Assembly (NCBI GenBank): GCA_044892525.1
Contig: CM097888.1
Coordinates: 1,302,001-1,366,000, forward strand
DNA from: Schmidtea polychroa
Lineage: Eukaryota
Reading direction: 5' to 3'
DNA: 64,000 nucleotides
The notes under the pieces: model-generated
What the model saw: only the letters and a program-made list of their open reading frames with translations
Databases searched by the model: none
Told to the model about the DNA's origin: nothing
In this document: positions 29,201 through 41,377 of the stretch, one piece after another
Position numbering within the stretch: the first letter of the stretch is position 1
Layout: every line of letters begins with the position of its first letter
Made by a program: the position numbers and the translations under genes

Positions 29201-30849
29201 GACAGCTTCATGTCAAGGAAATGCAGCATTAAGGACCACAGATAAAGCCCAAGGTCATTCTGATGTGTCGATACGAGGAAGGAGTCATTCGGTGCCATTT
29301 CCAGCTGGGTGACAACCCGACGGGTCCTGAAGCAGTCGACCAATCTATTGTTGATATAATCGAATGTCTTAACAAGATTGCCATCAGCAATCATAATGAG
29401 ATCAAATTCATAGCTAAATGCGATAGCATTGACCGGATTGGCATTGAATGAAGCCCGGATCTGCTGGAATAGAATGAATCGAGTGATTGGCCATGATATT
29501 CTGGAAATGTGCAACATCTTCACCACGAAGCACTTTAGTATGGCTTCCTGGATACATTGCATTCTGTGTTAGGGAATCAGAGGTAATGCCATGAGTACAT
29601 GCCAAATACATCTGGCACACCTCGATATTATTGGTCCGTTTCATCTGATTGTCCAGCAGCTTCTGGGAGGCCCGCAACGGTTGATATCGGGTCTCATGGT
29701 ATATCGGGTCAAGCATTTGGATCTCATAATCGATAGCGCTCGGTGAGATGGTCTTAATGAGTTGCAGGCATGACATTTGGGCATGCGCTGACACGTGGCT
29801 ATTGATTGAGCTGGGCAGCGAGGGTAGCTCCACCGCCTCTTCGTCCCCATCCTCATCGCCACAGTAAACCTTTGGTGAATCCAATGAATTCACTGGCTGA
29901 TAATCCTATGGCAGGCCTGACAGCTTCATGTCAAGGAAATGCAGCATTAAGGACCACAGATAAAGCCCAAGGTCATTCTGATGTGTCGATACGAGGAAGG
30001 AGTCATTCGGTGCCATTTCCAGCTGGGTGACAACCCGACGGGTCCTGAAGCAGTCGACCAATCTATTGTTGATATAATCGAATGTCTTAACAAGATTGCC
30101 ATCAGCAATCATAATGAGATCAAATTCATAGCTAAATGCGATAGCATTGACCGGATTGGCATTGAATGAAGCCCGGATCTGCTGGAATAGAATGAATCGA
30201 GTGATTGGCCATGATATTCTGGAAATGTGCAACATCTTCACCACGAAGCACTTTAGTATGGCTTCCTGGATACATTGCATTCTGTGTTAGGGAATCAGAG
30301 GTAATGCCATGAGTACATGCCAAATACATCTGGCACACCTCGATATTATTGGTCCGTTTCATCTGATTGTCCAGCAGCTTCTGGGAGGCCCGCAACGGTT
30401 GATATCGGGTCTTATGGTATATCGGGTCAAGCATTTGGATCTCATAATCGATAGCGCTCGGTGAGATGGTCTTAATGAGTTGCAGGCATGACATTTGGGC
30501 ATGCGCTGACACGTGGCTATTGATTGAGCTGAGCAGCGAGGGTAGCTCCACCGCCTCTTCGTCCCCATCCTCATCGCCACAGTAAACCTGTGGTGAATCC
30601 AATGAATTCACTGGCTGATAATCCTATGGCAGGCCTGACAGCTTCATGTCAAGGAAATGCAGCATTAAGGACCACAGATAAAGCCCAAGGTCATTCTGAT
30701 GTGTCGATACGAGGAAGGAGTCATTCGGTGCCATTTCCAGCTGGGTGACAACCCGACGGGTCCTGAAGCAGTCGACCAATCTATTGTTGATATAATCGAA
30801 TGTCTTAACAAGATTGCCATCAGCAATCATAATGAGATCAAATTCATAG

Positions 30850-32043
30850 CTAAATGCGATAGCATTGACCGGATTGGCATTGAATGAAGCCCGGATCTGC
30901 TGGAATAGAATGAATCGAGTGATTGGCCATGATATTCTGGAAATGTGCAACATCTTCACCACGAAGCACTTTAGTATGGCTTCCTGGATACATTGCATTC
31001 TGTGTTAGGGAATCAGAGGTAATGCCATGAGTACATGCCAAATACATCTGGCACACCTCGATATTATTGGTCCGTTTCATCTGATTGTCCAGCAGCTTCT
31101 GGGAGGCCCGCAACGGTTGATATCGGGTCTCATGGTATATCGGGTCAAGCATTTGGATCTCATAATCGATAGCGCTCGGTGAGATGGTCTTAATGAGTTG
31201 CATGCATTTGTCATAATCACTATCCGAGCTCGCGTTGACCAACATCTCACACAAATTGTTTGCGGCAATAACCTGGCTGCTTCTAAGTTCCGCGCGCTTC
31301 CTATTGGTCTCTGTTGCTTTCATGCATTCCAATTGCTGCTTGATGTCTTGGGAAGCATCTGCTGACTCATCCTGGCCTTCATCCAGCCAGCGCAGCCCAT
31401 CCAATGCCTCCGTGACCTGCGGCAAGAAGAATGCAGTCGATGCCAATCGTTTGGTTGCGTTCTCGTTGCGGATTCGGATGCTGTCAATGTTGAGCAGGTT
31501 GCTGAAATATGATGACGGCAGGCCTGACATTTGGGTATGCGCTGACACGTGGCTATTGATTGAGCTGGGCGGCGAGGGTAGCTGGGGCAGCTCCACCGCC
31601 TCTTCGTCCCCATCCTCATCGCCACAGTAAACCTTTGGTGAATCCAATGAATTCACTGGCTGATAATCCAATGGCAGGCTTGACAGCTTCATGTCAAGGA
31701 AATGCAGCTTTAAGGACCACAGATAAAGCCCAAGGTCATTCTGATGTGTCGATACGAGGAAGGAGTCATTCGGTGCCATTTCCAGCTGGGTGACAACCCG
31801 ACGGGTCCTGAAGCAGTCGACCAATCTATTGTTGATATAATCGAATGTCTTAACAAGATTGCCATCAGCAATCATAATGAGATCAAATTCATAGCTAAAT
31901 GCGATAGCATTGACCAGATTGGCATTGAATGAAGCCCGGATCTGCTGGAATAGAATGAATCGAGTGATTGGCCATGATATTCTGGAAATGTGCAACATCT
32001 TCACCACGAAGCACTTTAGTATGGCTTCCTGGATACATTGCAT
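30850..32043 (-). pseudogene. WDR36: Longest uninterrupted unit: intronless WDR36/UTP21 C-terminal fragment (last WD repeats plus Utp21 domain) flanked by gene-X sequence
   Basis: AIAFS...VKTFD...RLVDCF...MAPNDSFLVSTHQNDLGLYLWS...LSSLPLDYQP, MSGLPSSYFSNLLNIDSIRIRN...AFFLP and YDKCMQLIKTISPSAIDYEIQML...NIEVCQMYLA align by eye, in order, with recalled WDR36 motifs (LIDCF, SPTGDFLATSH..LGIYLWSN, LPADYVP, LLNLDVIKKKN, APFFIP, LKESGPSGIETELRSL, FELAQAYL). Confidence 0.85.
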
Positions 32044-34419
32044 TCTGTGTTAGGGAATCAGAGGTAATGCCATGAGTACATGCCAAATACATCTGGCACA
32101 CCTCGATATTATTGGTCCGTTTCATCTGATTGTCCAGCAGCTTCTGGGAGGCCCGCAACGGTTGATATCGGGTCTCATGGTATATCGGGTCAAGCATTTG
32201 GATCTCATAATCGATAGCGCTCGGTGAGATGGTCATAATGAGTTGCATGTATTTGTCATAATCACTATCCGAGTTCGCGTTGACCAACATCTCACACAAA
32301 TTGTTTGGGCCAATAACCTGGCTGCTTGCAAGTTCCGCGCGCTTCCTATTGGTCTTTGTTGCTTTCATGCGTTCCAATTGCTGCTTGGTGTCCTGGGAAG
32401 CATCTGCTGATTCAGATGCTGTCAATGTTGAGCAGGTTGCTGAAATATGATGAGGGCAGGCCTGACATTTGGGTATGCGCTGACACGTGGCTATTGATTG
32501 AGCTGGGCAGCGAGGGTAGCTGGGGCAGCTCCACCGCCTCTTCGTCCCCATCCTCATCGCCACAGTAAACCTTTGGTGAATCCAATGAATTCACTGGCTG
32601 ATAATCCAATGGCAGGCTTGACAGCTTCATGTAAAGGAAATGCAGCTTTAAGGACCACAGATAAAGCCCAAGGTCATTCTGATGTGTCGATACGAGGAAG
32701 GAGTCATTCGGTGCCATTTCCAGCTGGGTGACAACCCGACGGGTCCTGAAGCAGTCGACCAATCTATTGTTGATATAATCGAATGTCTTAACAAGATTGC
32801 CATCAGCAATCATAATGAGATCAAATTCATAGCTAAATGCGATAGCATTGACCAGATTGGCATTGAATGAAGCCCGGATCTGCTGGAATAGAATGAATCG
32901 AGTGATTGGCCATGATATTCTGGAAATGTGCAACATCTTCACCACGAAGCACTTTAGTATGGCTTCCTGGATACATTGCATTCTGTGCTAGGGAATCAGA
33001 GGTAATGCCATGAGTACATGCCAAATACATCTGGCACACCTCGATATTATTGGTCCGTTTCATCTGATTGTCCAGCAGCTTCTGGGAGGCCCGCAACGGT
33101 TGATATCGGGTCTCATGGTATATCGGGTCAAGCATTTGGATCTCATAATCGATAGCGCTCGGTGAGATGGTCATAATGAGTTGCATGTATTTGTCATAAT
33201 CACTATCCGAGTTCGCGTTGACCAACATCTCACACAAATTGTTTGGGCCAATAACCTGGCTGCTTGCAAGTTCCGCGCGCTTCCTATTGGTCTTTGTTGC
33301 TTTCATGCGTTCCAATTGCTGCTTGGTGTCCTGGGAAGCATCTGCTGATTCAGATGCTGTCAATGTTGAGCAGGTTGCTGAAATATGATGACGGCAGGCC
33401 TGACATTTGGGCATGCGCTGACACGTGGCTATTGATTGAGCTGGGCGGCGAGGGTAGCTGGGGCAGCTCCACCGCCTCTTCGTCCCCATCCTCATCGCCA
33501 CAGTAAACCTTTGGTGAATCCAATGAATTCACTGGCTGATAATCCTATGGCAGGCCTGACAGCTTCATGTCAAGAAAATGCAGCTTTAAGGACCACAGAT
33601 AAAGCCCAAAGTCACCTTTGCATACAGGGAATCAGAGGTATGGCCATGAGTATTGATATTCTAGAAATGTGCAACATCTTCACCACGAAGCACTTTAGTA
33701 TGGCTTCCTGGATACATTGCATTTTCTGTGCTAGGGAATCAGAGTTAATGCCATGAGTACATGCCAAATACATCTGGCACACCTCGATATTATTGGTCCG
33801 TCTCATCTGATTGTCCAGCAGCATCAGGAAGGCCTGCAATGGTTGATATCGGGTCTCATGGTATATCAGGTCAAGCATTTGGATCTCATAATCGACACGT
33901 GGCTATTGATTGAGCTGGGCGGCGAGGGTAGCTGGGGCAGCTCCACCGCCTCTTCGTCCCCATTCTTCATGTCAAGGAAATGCAGCTTTAAAGACCACAG
34001 ATAACGCCCAAGGTCATCCTAATGTGTCGATACGAGGAAGGCGTCATTCGGTGCCATTTCCAGCTGGGTGACAACCCGACGGGTCCTGAAGCAGTCGACC
34101 AATCTATTTTTGATATAATCGAATGTCTTAACAAGATTGCCATCAGCAATCATAATGAGATCAAATTCATAGCTAAATGCGATAGAATTGACCGGATTGG
34201 CATTGAATGAAGCCCGGATCTGCTGGAATAGAATGAATCGAGTGATTGGCCATGATATTCTGGAAATGTGCAACATCTTCACCACGAAGCACTTTAGTAT
34301 GGCTTCCTGGATACATTGCATTCTGTGTTAGGGAATCAGAGGTAATGCCATGAGTACATGCCAAATACATCTGGCACACCTCGATATTATTGGTCCGTTT
34401 CATCTGATTGTCCAGCAGC

Positions 34420-34543
34420 TTTGGGGTCCATGTGTATGTTACTTGGGATTACAATTACAATTGTTGTCATAGGATCGCATTTTGGGATAAGAAATTTCTC
34501 AAAAGTTAAACCTTCAAAGCGTTGGACAAGTTCCAGTACCTAA
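34420..34543 (+). pseudogene. 3' fragment of an MFS transporter paralogue fused to the array end
   Basis: TTGGGGTCCATGTGTATGTTACTTGGGATTAC is identical to about 48637-48668. It reads LGSMCMLLGITITIVVIGSH versus LGSMCMLLGITILIIIVGSH in the downstream MFS gene. Confidence 0.8.
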
Positions 34544-35135
34544 GCAGTGGATTTGATGGTTAATAGTTGCAATATTTACTTTTGTTATTAGTTAAAGTAT
34601 TTTTTGTATTAATTACATTCATCAGTCAAAGAATTATCTTATTTCTAATATTATTCAAACAAATCTTAACGAGGAATTTCTATCAAAGTAGAATAAAGTA
34701 TAAAGAAAGAATTAAGCATAAAACGTTAATCAACAAAATGCATTCATACAGACATTTATTAAATCTAAATGAAATAAGACAGTCAATGTTATTTTAATGG
34801 CAAACATATTTCAAGTTTATTTGGATTTTGTCATTAGAATTTAAAAAACTCGTTGCCATAAGGATTGAACTATGTGACCTTGCAATCAAGCATCAGATAA
34901 ACAAGAAACCAATTTGCCATTAGAAATCGCATTAAAGCATTCTGCCATCCGAAAGAAAATGACTTTTCATTGTTTTTAAAATTTTGATTTTAAGAAAAAA
35001 TATTTATTCTTTTTATTTATTTTTATATTGAAGTTGCTACATTTTAAAATTGTGAAATTCAGGAGAAATATGACCCTAAGCAAATTATTTGGAAAAGATT
35101 ATTGGAAAAATTATAAAAAATATTCAAAAAAAGAA

Positions 35136-36385
35136 TTTGCCAATGAATTTCGTTTTTTCATAAATATAAATAAAAGTATTTCTTTTAAATAAATAATAAA
35201 AATTAAACAATTATATTTTGTTTTTAATATAATATTAAATTAATTATGATGTTGCATTTTTTATTTTGAATTTCAGTATATCTTAATCATCGTTAAATAA
35301 CCCATATGTCTGAAAATAGAAGAAATATTGGAAAAACAAATCTGTTACTTATGATAAAATTGCTAATGCTTCTAGACAGAATTTAATTCGTTTAGTCTTC
35401 GAACAAGGATGCAGCTGCTATTGTTCAAATTAAACATTCAACTGCTTTGTCAATTGTTAAAAATTATAAAGAAAATAATAGCTATGCAACAACTAGTTAA
35501 AAATTATAAAGAAAATAATAGCTATGCAACAACGAAAAAAGGCGGAAGCGTTAATTCAGTTATTATTTATAGAAAATGAAGTCTCATTAAATCCAGCAAT
35601 TAGTTTGAAAGAGCTTAAATTAAAGATTTCAATTTCTAGCATTAACAGATGAAAATGGCTCATCGGGGGCTTGATATCGTTAATCATCCTGATAAGTTTA
35701 TATTACGAAAAATTTATGCATCGTGGATCAATAACCATTTTAATAACGATTATTCTCGTGTAATTTTTATAGATGAATCTTCGTTTAATCTTCATCTCAA
35801 ACGATCTATTGCAAGATCACAGAGAGGTACTAGAGCAATTTTAAGATTGCCAAATATTAGAGGCAGATCAATTTCTTTGATTGCTAGCATGTCAATCAAT
35901 GACATGTCATATTGCAAAACCATTTCAAATTCAACAGTGAATAGTGATATATTTTGTGAATATTTAACAGAGTTATGTATTTATTTGAGAGATGTTGCTC
36001 ATATATCAAATGCATGCCTTATTCTAGATAATGCTAGAGTTCACAAGAGAGTTGATTTGGAAAGAATTACTTCTGAGCTTAATTTTGAATTTAATTTTCT
36101 TTCACCTTATTCTTACATGCTAAATCCAATTGAAAACGCATTTTCAAAAATTAAAAATTGGGTTAGATCACGCTTGCGCAGCGGGGTTACAGAATATTAT
36201 GCTTGAAAAAACTAATAAAGTTACATCGAATGATTGTATGATACAAACGCAGCTGCCGGATTAGAATATATACATTATTAAATATATTTTTTAATTTTTT
36301 TTAGTTATTGATATTAATTATTTTTTAAGCTTATTATTTCAATTAAATTTCCTTTTTTTTTGAGAAAACGAGATTCATTGGCAAA
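35136..36385 (+). mobile_element. Tc1/IS630-like DNA transposon, degenerate
   Basis: Inverted repeats at 35136-35160 and 36361-36385 match at 23/25 positions. The 5' part of the transposase is broken and includes a 38-bp tandem duplication near 35447-35523. No TA TSD was seen. Confidence 0.75.
35649..36206 (+). pseudogene. DD34E transposase catalytic domain (DDE_3 type)
   Basis: VIFIDESSFN...LILDNARVH...FLSPYSYMLNPIENAFSKIK, with 34 residues between the second D and the E. Confidence 0.9.
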
Positions 36386-37342
36386 AACACGAAATAGACA
36401 ACAATATTGAAGTTGTTTAAATATACTGAAATTTGGAGATTTTTTATCTATATTCAAAAAAGAAATTATAATAAAAAAATTTGATAAAATATTGATAGTG
36501 AAAATGATAAAAGAAATTAAAAAAACTATATAATCAATATCATATTTATCTTCTTTTAATCGAAAGTTGAACGAAATATCGTGTACATTATATGTAGTTT
36601 TGATCTAGTCTTCCAAATATTTATATGAAAATTATTGAATATAAGAAGTTTTTTGTATTAGTACTATCCATAATCAAATGTTGTAATTATTCTAAATTTT
36701 ATTAATTTAATATTATTTAAATATAAATGAGGAATTCAATAAACAGAATCAATCAACAATATATATTAAACAAGTTTAACCACCTCAACCCCGTGACTAA
36801 GCGCCCAGTGCCAAAATGGTACATAAGTAGGTAGATATTTGCTTTCTGAAATGGTAACCCACTGGAGCAACCATCTCCCCTTGATGCAGAAGGTCACAGG
36901 AGTTTTCCATTACTCCAGGAGTCAACATGGTTTCCAGTGCTGCATATTTGTAATGGGTTTATAGATAACATTTTTCAGGTCAAAATGAATTAGATTTATT
37001 CTCTCGCTAAAAAATATACCTTTCCTGCAGTGGCCCACAGGGTATTTTTTCAAATCAGAAAATAATTAGAAGGTATTTTTGATCTCATGGATTTTTTACT
37101 CAAAATCTGGCTCTAGCTAAAATAGATTAAAAGCTTTTCAGAGCAAAATAATTTTCATTTTAAAAAAGCCTAAGTATTTTTCGGTCTCGGGATTTTTGTG
37201 CCGGTAAAATAATTAAAGTAAATTAAAGTAATAATTAAAAAATTATGCTAAGATATTTTAAAGAATCAACGTCCACTGAGAATATAAAAAAGTAAAGAAA
37301 TTTTTAATGCAAATTCCTATGAAATAAATTTTTGTGAATAAT

Positions 37343-37990
37343 AATGATAACTATAAAAAAGCGCCAATCAAACATTCGTTTTAAGATATATTTCGACAGC
37401 TTTCCTGTCATTATGAGGTAGGATATATTAACTATAAAAATTATAGATTTTTTAACAAATTTATTAATTATATTAATTATATCAAAAATTTTAAATAAAA
37501 ATATTTTATTCTTTAAAAATTATAAAAATTATAATTCAAATAATAAAAAATTTTTTTAATTTAGCAATCAAACATAAAATTTTAAAATATTGAAATTTAA
37601 TTTAATAATTTAATAATTATTTAATTTAACAACAATCAATATATATAATATACAAAAAATTATTTAAAAACATTCAAAATACAAGTATTCACTGCATTCT
37701 GCACATTAATTTTCGAATTCAATGACTTTATCAATAACGCCTCACAAATTACACGTTCCCAATATTTTTTGGAATTTTTTAATGAAATGTTAAAATCAGA
37801 CATACCTATTTTACTCTTACAGCCCTTATTGTGCTCACTAATATGGGTCAAAGCCTTCGGTCTACAATGTTCTCGAGCTCTAATACAGAAATGACGGCAA
37901 GCCTCTCCAATGTATGTGGCATTACAACCATTACATGTAAACTGAAGATGATTCGGAAATGATTTGGTCGTTGTGGGCTTCAGTTTATAA
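37343..37990 (-). mobile_element. 5'-truncated Penelope-like retroelement (GIY-YIG endonuclease remnant and 3' end)
   Basis: QFTCNGCNATYIGEACRHFCIRAREHCRPK...WERVICEALLIKSLN. The 3' region carries a degenerate hammerhead motif (37385-37417). Confidence 0.85.
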
Positions 37991-38498
37991 TTATCCTTCG
38001 GACAGCACTTAAAATAAAACGACTCGATATTCGCTCTTTTTGAATAAAACTTTTAACTGGTTTGAAACTGAGATATTTGACGATGTCTTCAATATAATCT
38101 CTGCTCTTCTGTGTCAGTTCTTGCACATTGTTGTGTGATTGATAAATTGCTACTTCCTTATACAAAACGGACATCGTTTGCAGAAGATTCCCGTTCATTC
38201 AGAACATTTGTATACTCTGACTCCATCACCTGTATGAAGTATACATCAATATCTTCTGATTCATTTTTGTGTTTACATCCTAGTTTTACATAAAAAAAGA
38301 TTGACAATTTTATCAAAATCATTGCAACATGGCGATGATATTGGCTCGCTCAAACGGCTGCCATATATTTCATTCAACTGTGGAATTGCTGATGAATCTT
38401 CTAGATTGTTTCCATTGATTATTATCATTGAATAGAATATTTCTTCGTAATTAATCAGCGTAATTCCACTAATCTACAAAAAATAGTTTAAGTATCGA

Positions 38499-38913
38499 TG
38501 GGGCCGTAACAAGACATTATTGCGCCCTGTGCGGTTCATATATATGGCGCCCCTAAAAACCCGAATTCAAATCAGCCTACTATAATAATTATAATATTCA
38601 TGTTGAGATTGTTAACTATGTATTCATCTCCAGCTATTATAATAGGTAGTAATGCTCTTAAAATTCTGTTGCTAATTGAAAAAATGACAGGAACCCATTT
38701 GGTGGACTAACATTTTTCAAAATACACACCTACGATGGCACGCTAATGGACCAGTCCAATCAGCAATGTTAAAGATAGGCTAGTTAGTGTGTCGTTTTTT
38801 TCGTGCAGGCCATTTAATAATTTCTTTTATTTATATTTTGTTATTTTTTGATAACATTAAAAAAATGTTACATTCCAATTTTGAACCCCTGCTCCACCCT
38901 TGGTACGGCTTTG
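38499..38913. mobile_element. hAT-type MITE, about 415 bp
   Basis: 8-bp TSD AGTATCGA (38491-38498 and 38914-38921). Degenerate TIRs: TGGGGCCGTAACAAG versus right-end reverse complement CAAAGCCGTACCAAG. Confidence 0.7.
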
Positions 38914-41377
38914 AGTATCGATATCAAATTAACAACGAAATTACAGAAATATTTTATTATAACATTTAAACAAACTCCCTAATTCTAAGTTATGATAATT
39001 TAACTTTTTAATTTTATCATTTTTTTTTAAATTTAGTTATTCTATGAGATTTTTTTATTATTATTTTTAAATCTTCTTTTAAAAGATTCATATAATTATT
39101 GCTGCTTCTTGGAAAATTGAGCCAAAATATGAATCAACTCTCCAAGCCACTAAATTACATGAGAGTCACGCACGTGAAAACATTCAATTAATTTATAATT
39201 AATTTAATTACATTCTTACGGGATAAATGCATGGAGGGGGCCTTTCGAATGGCCCATGTATTATTTCTATGAGAACGTCTTCTATATCCGGTAATAATGA
39301 CTTTCTTGATCAATTATATTATTGTTACAATTAAAGGTTTTGTAAATGCGTTTAGAAGGCGCATTTATTAGGGACCCCTAACCCTTACTAAGAGTCTTGG
39401 TGTTGACGTATACCGTTATATTTCTCCTACAATCATCAACAAGATCTAGATACATTTGGAATGGCTTGATATTGAATAGCTAGATACTTGGTCATCGTAT
39501 TAAGTTTCAAAAATATATGAATATTTGTTCACCCCGTAATTGAGATAGATATATATTTGTTCTCTTGCCGATATATATATCTGACGTTCTTACTGTAAAC
39601 TTTTATCTGATCTCTGTCAACAATCGAGATTGATGTACTTTATGCACGTTGACGAATCTAGCGAGATTCAGAATTTCAATTAGATCTTATTGTTTATGAC
39701 TTTATTGACTAGGACTATTGCAAGATATTAGGTCAAATGTCAATTAGGATTCTTTTGTTGAAGAACTGGTATCAAAATGGTCTACTCTTGGTACTGATCT
39801 TCATTGGAATTGCGCCGGTCTTTTGGTTGTCTTTGGGTTAAGGTTATTTAAATTATGTAGGGGTTATGGCAGGAAATATTCACTCCAACTTTGCCGAATT
39901 TGAAAGAGAAATTGAATGTGTCGTACGAAGTGATGGGAAGAATGATGTCCATGAGAAGCATGGGAAATATTGTTGCGTTAATAGTGACAGGATATGTTTA
40001 TGATTCTTTTCCTGATTATGTCGGATCCATGATATCGGTCGCATGCTTCATTGGTGGCTTGTGTACCTTAATAATTCCTTGGTGCAAACAATTTTGGTTA
40101 GTTGTTATACTTCTCTTCATTCAATCTGGATTCCAAAATTCTATGAATAACGGTAAGTCACTTTTTTGGATTATGTTTTGTTTATATATATATTTTAATG
40201 GTTATGATAGGAGCTCAACTAATCATATTAAAGACATTCAAGGATAAGGCCGTGGGAAAAATGCAAATATATCATTTGGGATATGGAATAGGAGGGTTAT
40301 TATCAGGATTAATCTCTCAACCGTTTCTTTCAAAAGGTGTTTCTCGTAACGCCAAGATTACTAAGTATTGTCGAAAGGTTCTCAATGCAACTGACTTAGG
40401 GAAAATCGTTTCCTCAATTCTTGGAAGCAACAATAGCTCTAGTGGAATTGAAAAGAAAAGGTTATCGTTCGAATATATTTATGTTATAGCAGGAGTTGTT
40501 GGTATCCTCATAGCAATAACAAACTTTTACTACAGTTTACTGCCGATTCCGAATAAGGATAAATGTCAAATCAAGAAAAGAGAGCCTTGGATTAAAAGCA
40601 TTCATCCGAAGTATACGGCAAATGGTAAAATATGCTTAGGAACAACCATGACAATCTTGTTGTTTCTATACTACTTTTTCTACATTTTCGGTCTATTGAA
40701 CTTCCTACCTTACATCGTAGTATACGCCATTGACCCGTGCAAGAAATATTACATGAGCCAAAAGACCTCGGCAGTAGATAGATAGGGCACCGCTAGACCA
40801 GGACTCCGCTGGACCACATACCCCCCACCCCCCCACCCCCCACTCTAGGGGAAATTTTTAAAATTCTTTTCAAGGTCAAATTTTTTAATGTAAAGTTCAT
40901 TTTTTTTTTAAATTTGAAATTTGAGAGTTCCCGACAAGAGATATTATTATTTGAAAATAAAGGTCTTTGAAACACAGGGATTATTATTATATATACTCTG
41001 AGTTTATCCGACAAGATATTCTGTCCCCCTATGGGTATTGCTCACAAGGGTACTGGTCATATTCAACATGTCGCAAGGGTATTATTAANNNNNNNNNNNN
41101 NNNNNNNNNNNNNNNNNNNNNNNNNNNNNNNNNNNNNNNNNNNNNNNNNNNNNNNNNNNNNNNNNNNNNNNNNNNNNNNNNNNNNNNNNNNNNNNNNNNN
41201 NNNNNNNNNNNNNNNNNNNNNNNNNNNNNNNNNNNNNNNNNNNNNNNNNNNNNNNNNNNNNNNNNNNNNNNNNNNNNNNNNNNNNNNNNNNNNNNNNNNN
41301 NNNNNNNNNNNNNNNTCATTAGTTTTCATAAAAATGATAATAAATTAAGACATTAAAAAATTAAAAGATATATTAAA

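Larger units (their letters stand above)
10015..34421 (-). repeat. 24.4-kb tandem array of a chimeric gene-fragment unit (WDR36/UTP21 fragment plus unidentified genes X and Y), 29 core copies
   Basis: The MQCIQEAILK anchor recurs at 10739, 11466, 12184, 12902, 14855, 15793, 16482, every 718 bp to 25816, then 26861, 27799, 28844, 29562, 30280, 30998, 32043, 32981 and 34321. Spacings are 689, 718, 727, 938 and 1045 bp. An AT-rich spacer lies at about 13660-14130. Confidence 0.97.

Noticed and set aside
10398-34210. Recurrent plus-strand ORFs (MCRYEEG..., MSWAARV..., MQVPRAS...) and alternative minus-frame ORFs (MAMRMGTK...)
   Set aside because: These are antisense or off-frame shadows of the WDR36-derived sequence, repeated only because the unit is repeated.
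10015-34421. Array as a giant repetitive protein or polyprotein gene
   Set aside because: Unit lengths of 689, 718, 727, 938 and 1045 are not multiples of 3, and stop codons are shared across copies.
36780-36960. GC-richer coding-like patch
   Set aside because: It is short and interrupted, with no recognisable motif.
39837-39860. A 24-nt first intron in the MFS gene
   Set aside because: Donor and acceptor phases disagree by one base, and alternative donors at 39791 and 39818 fit the frame, so it is unresolved.
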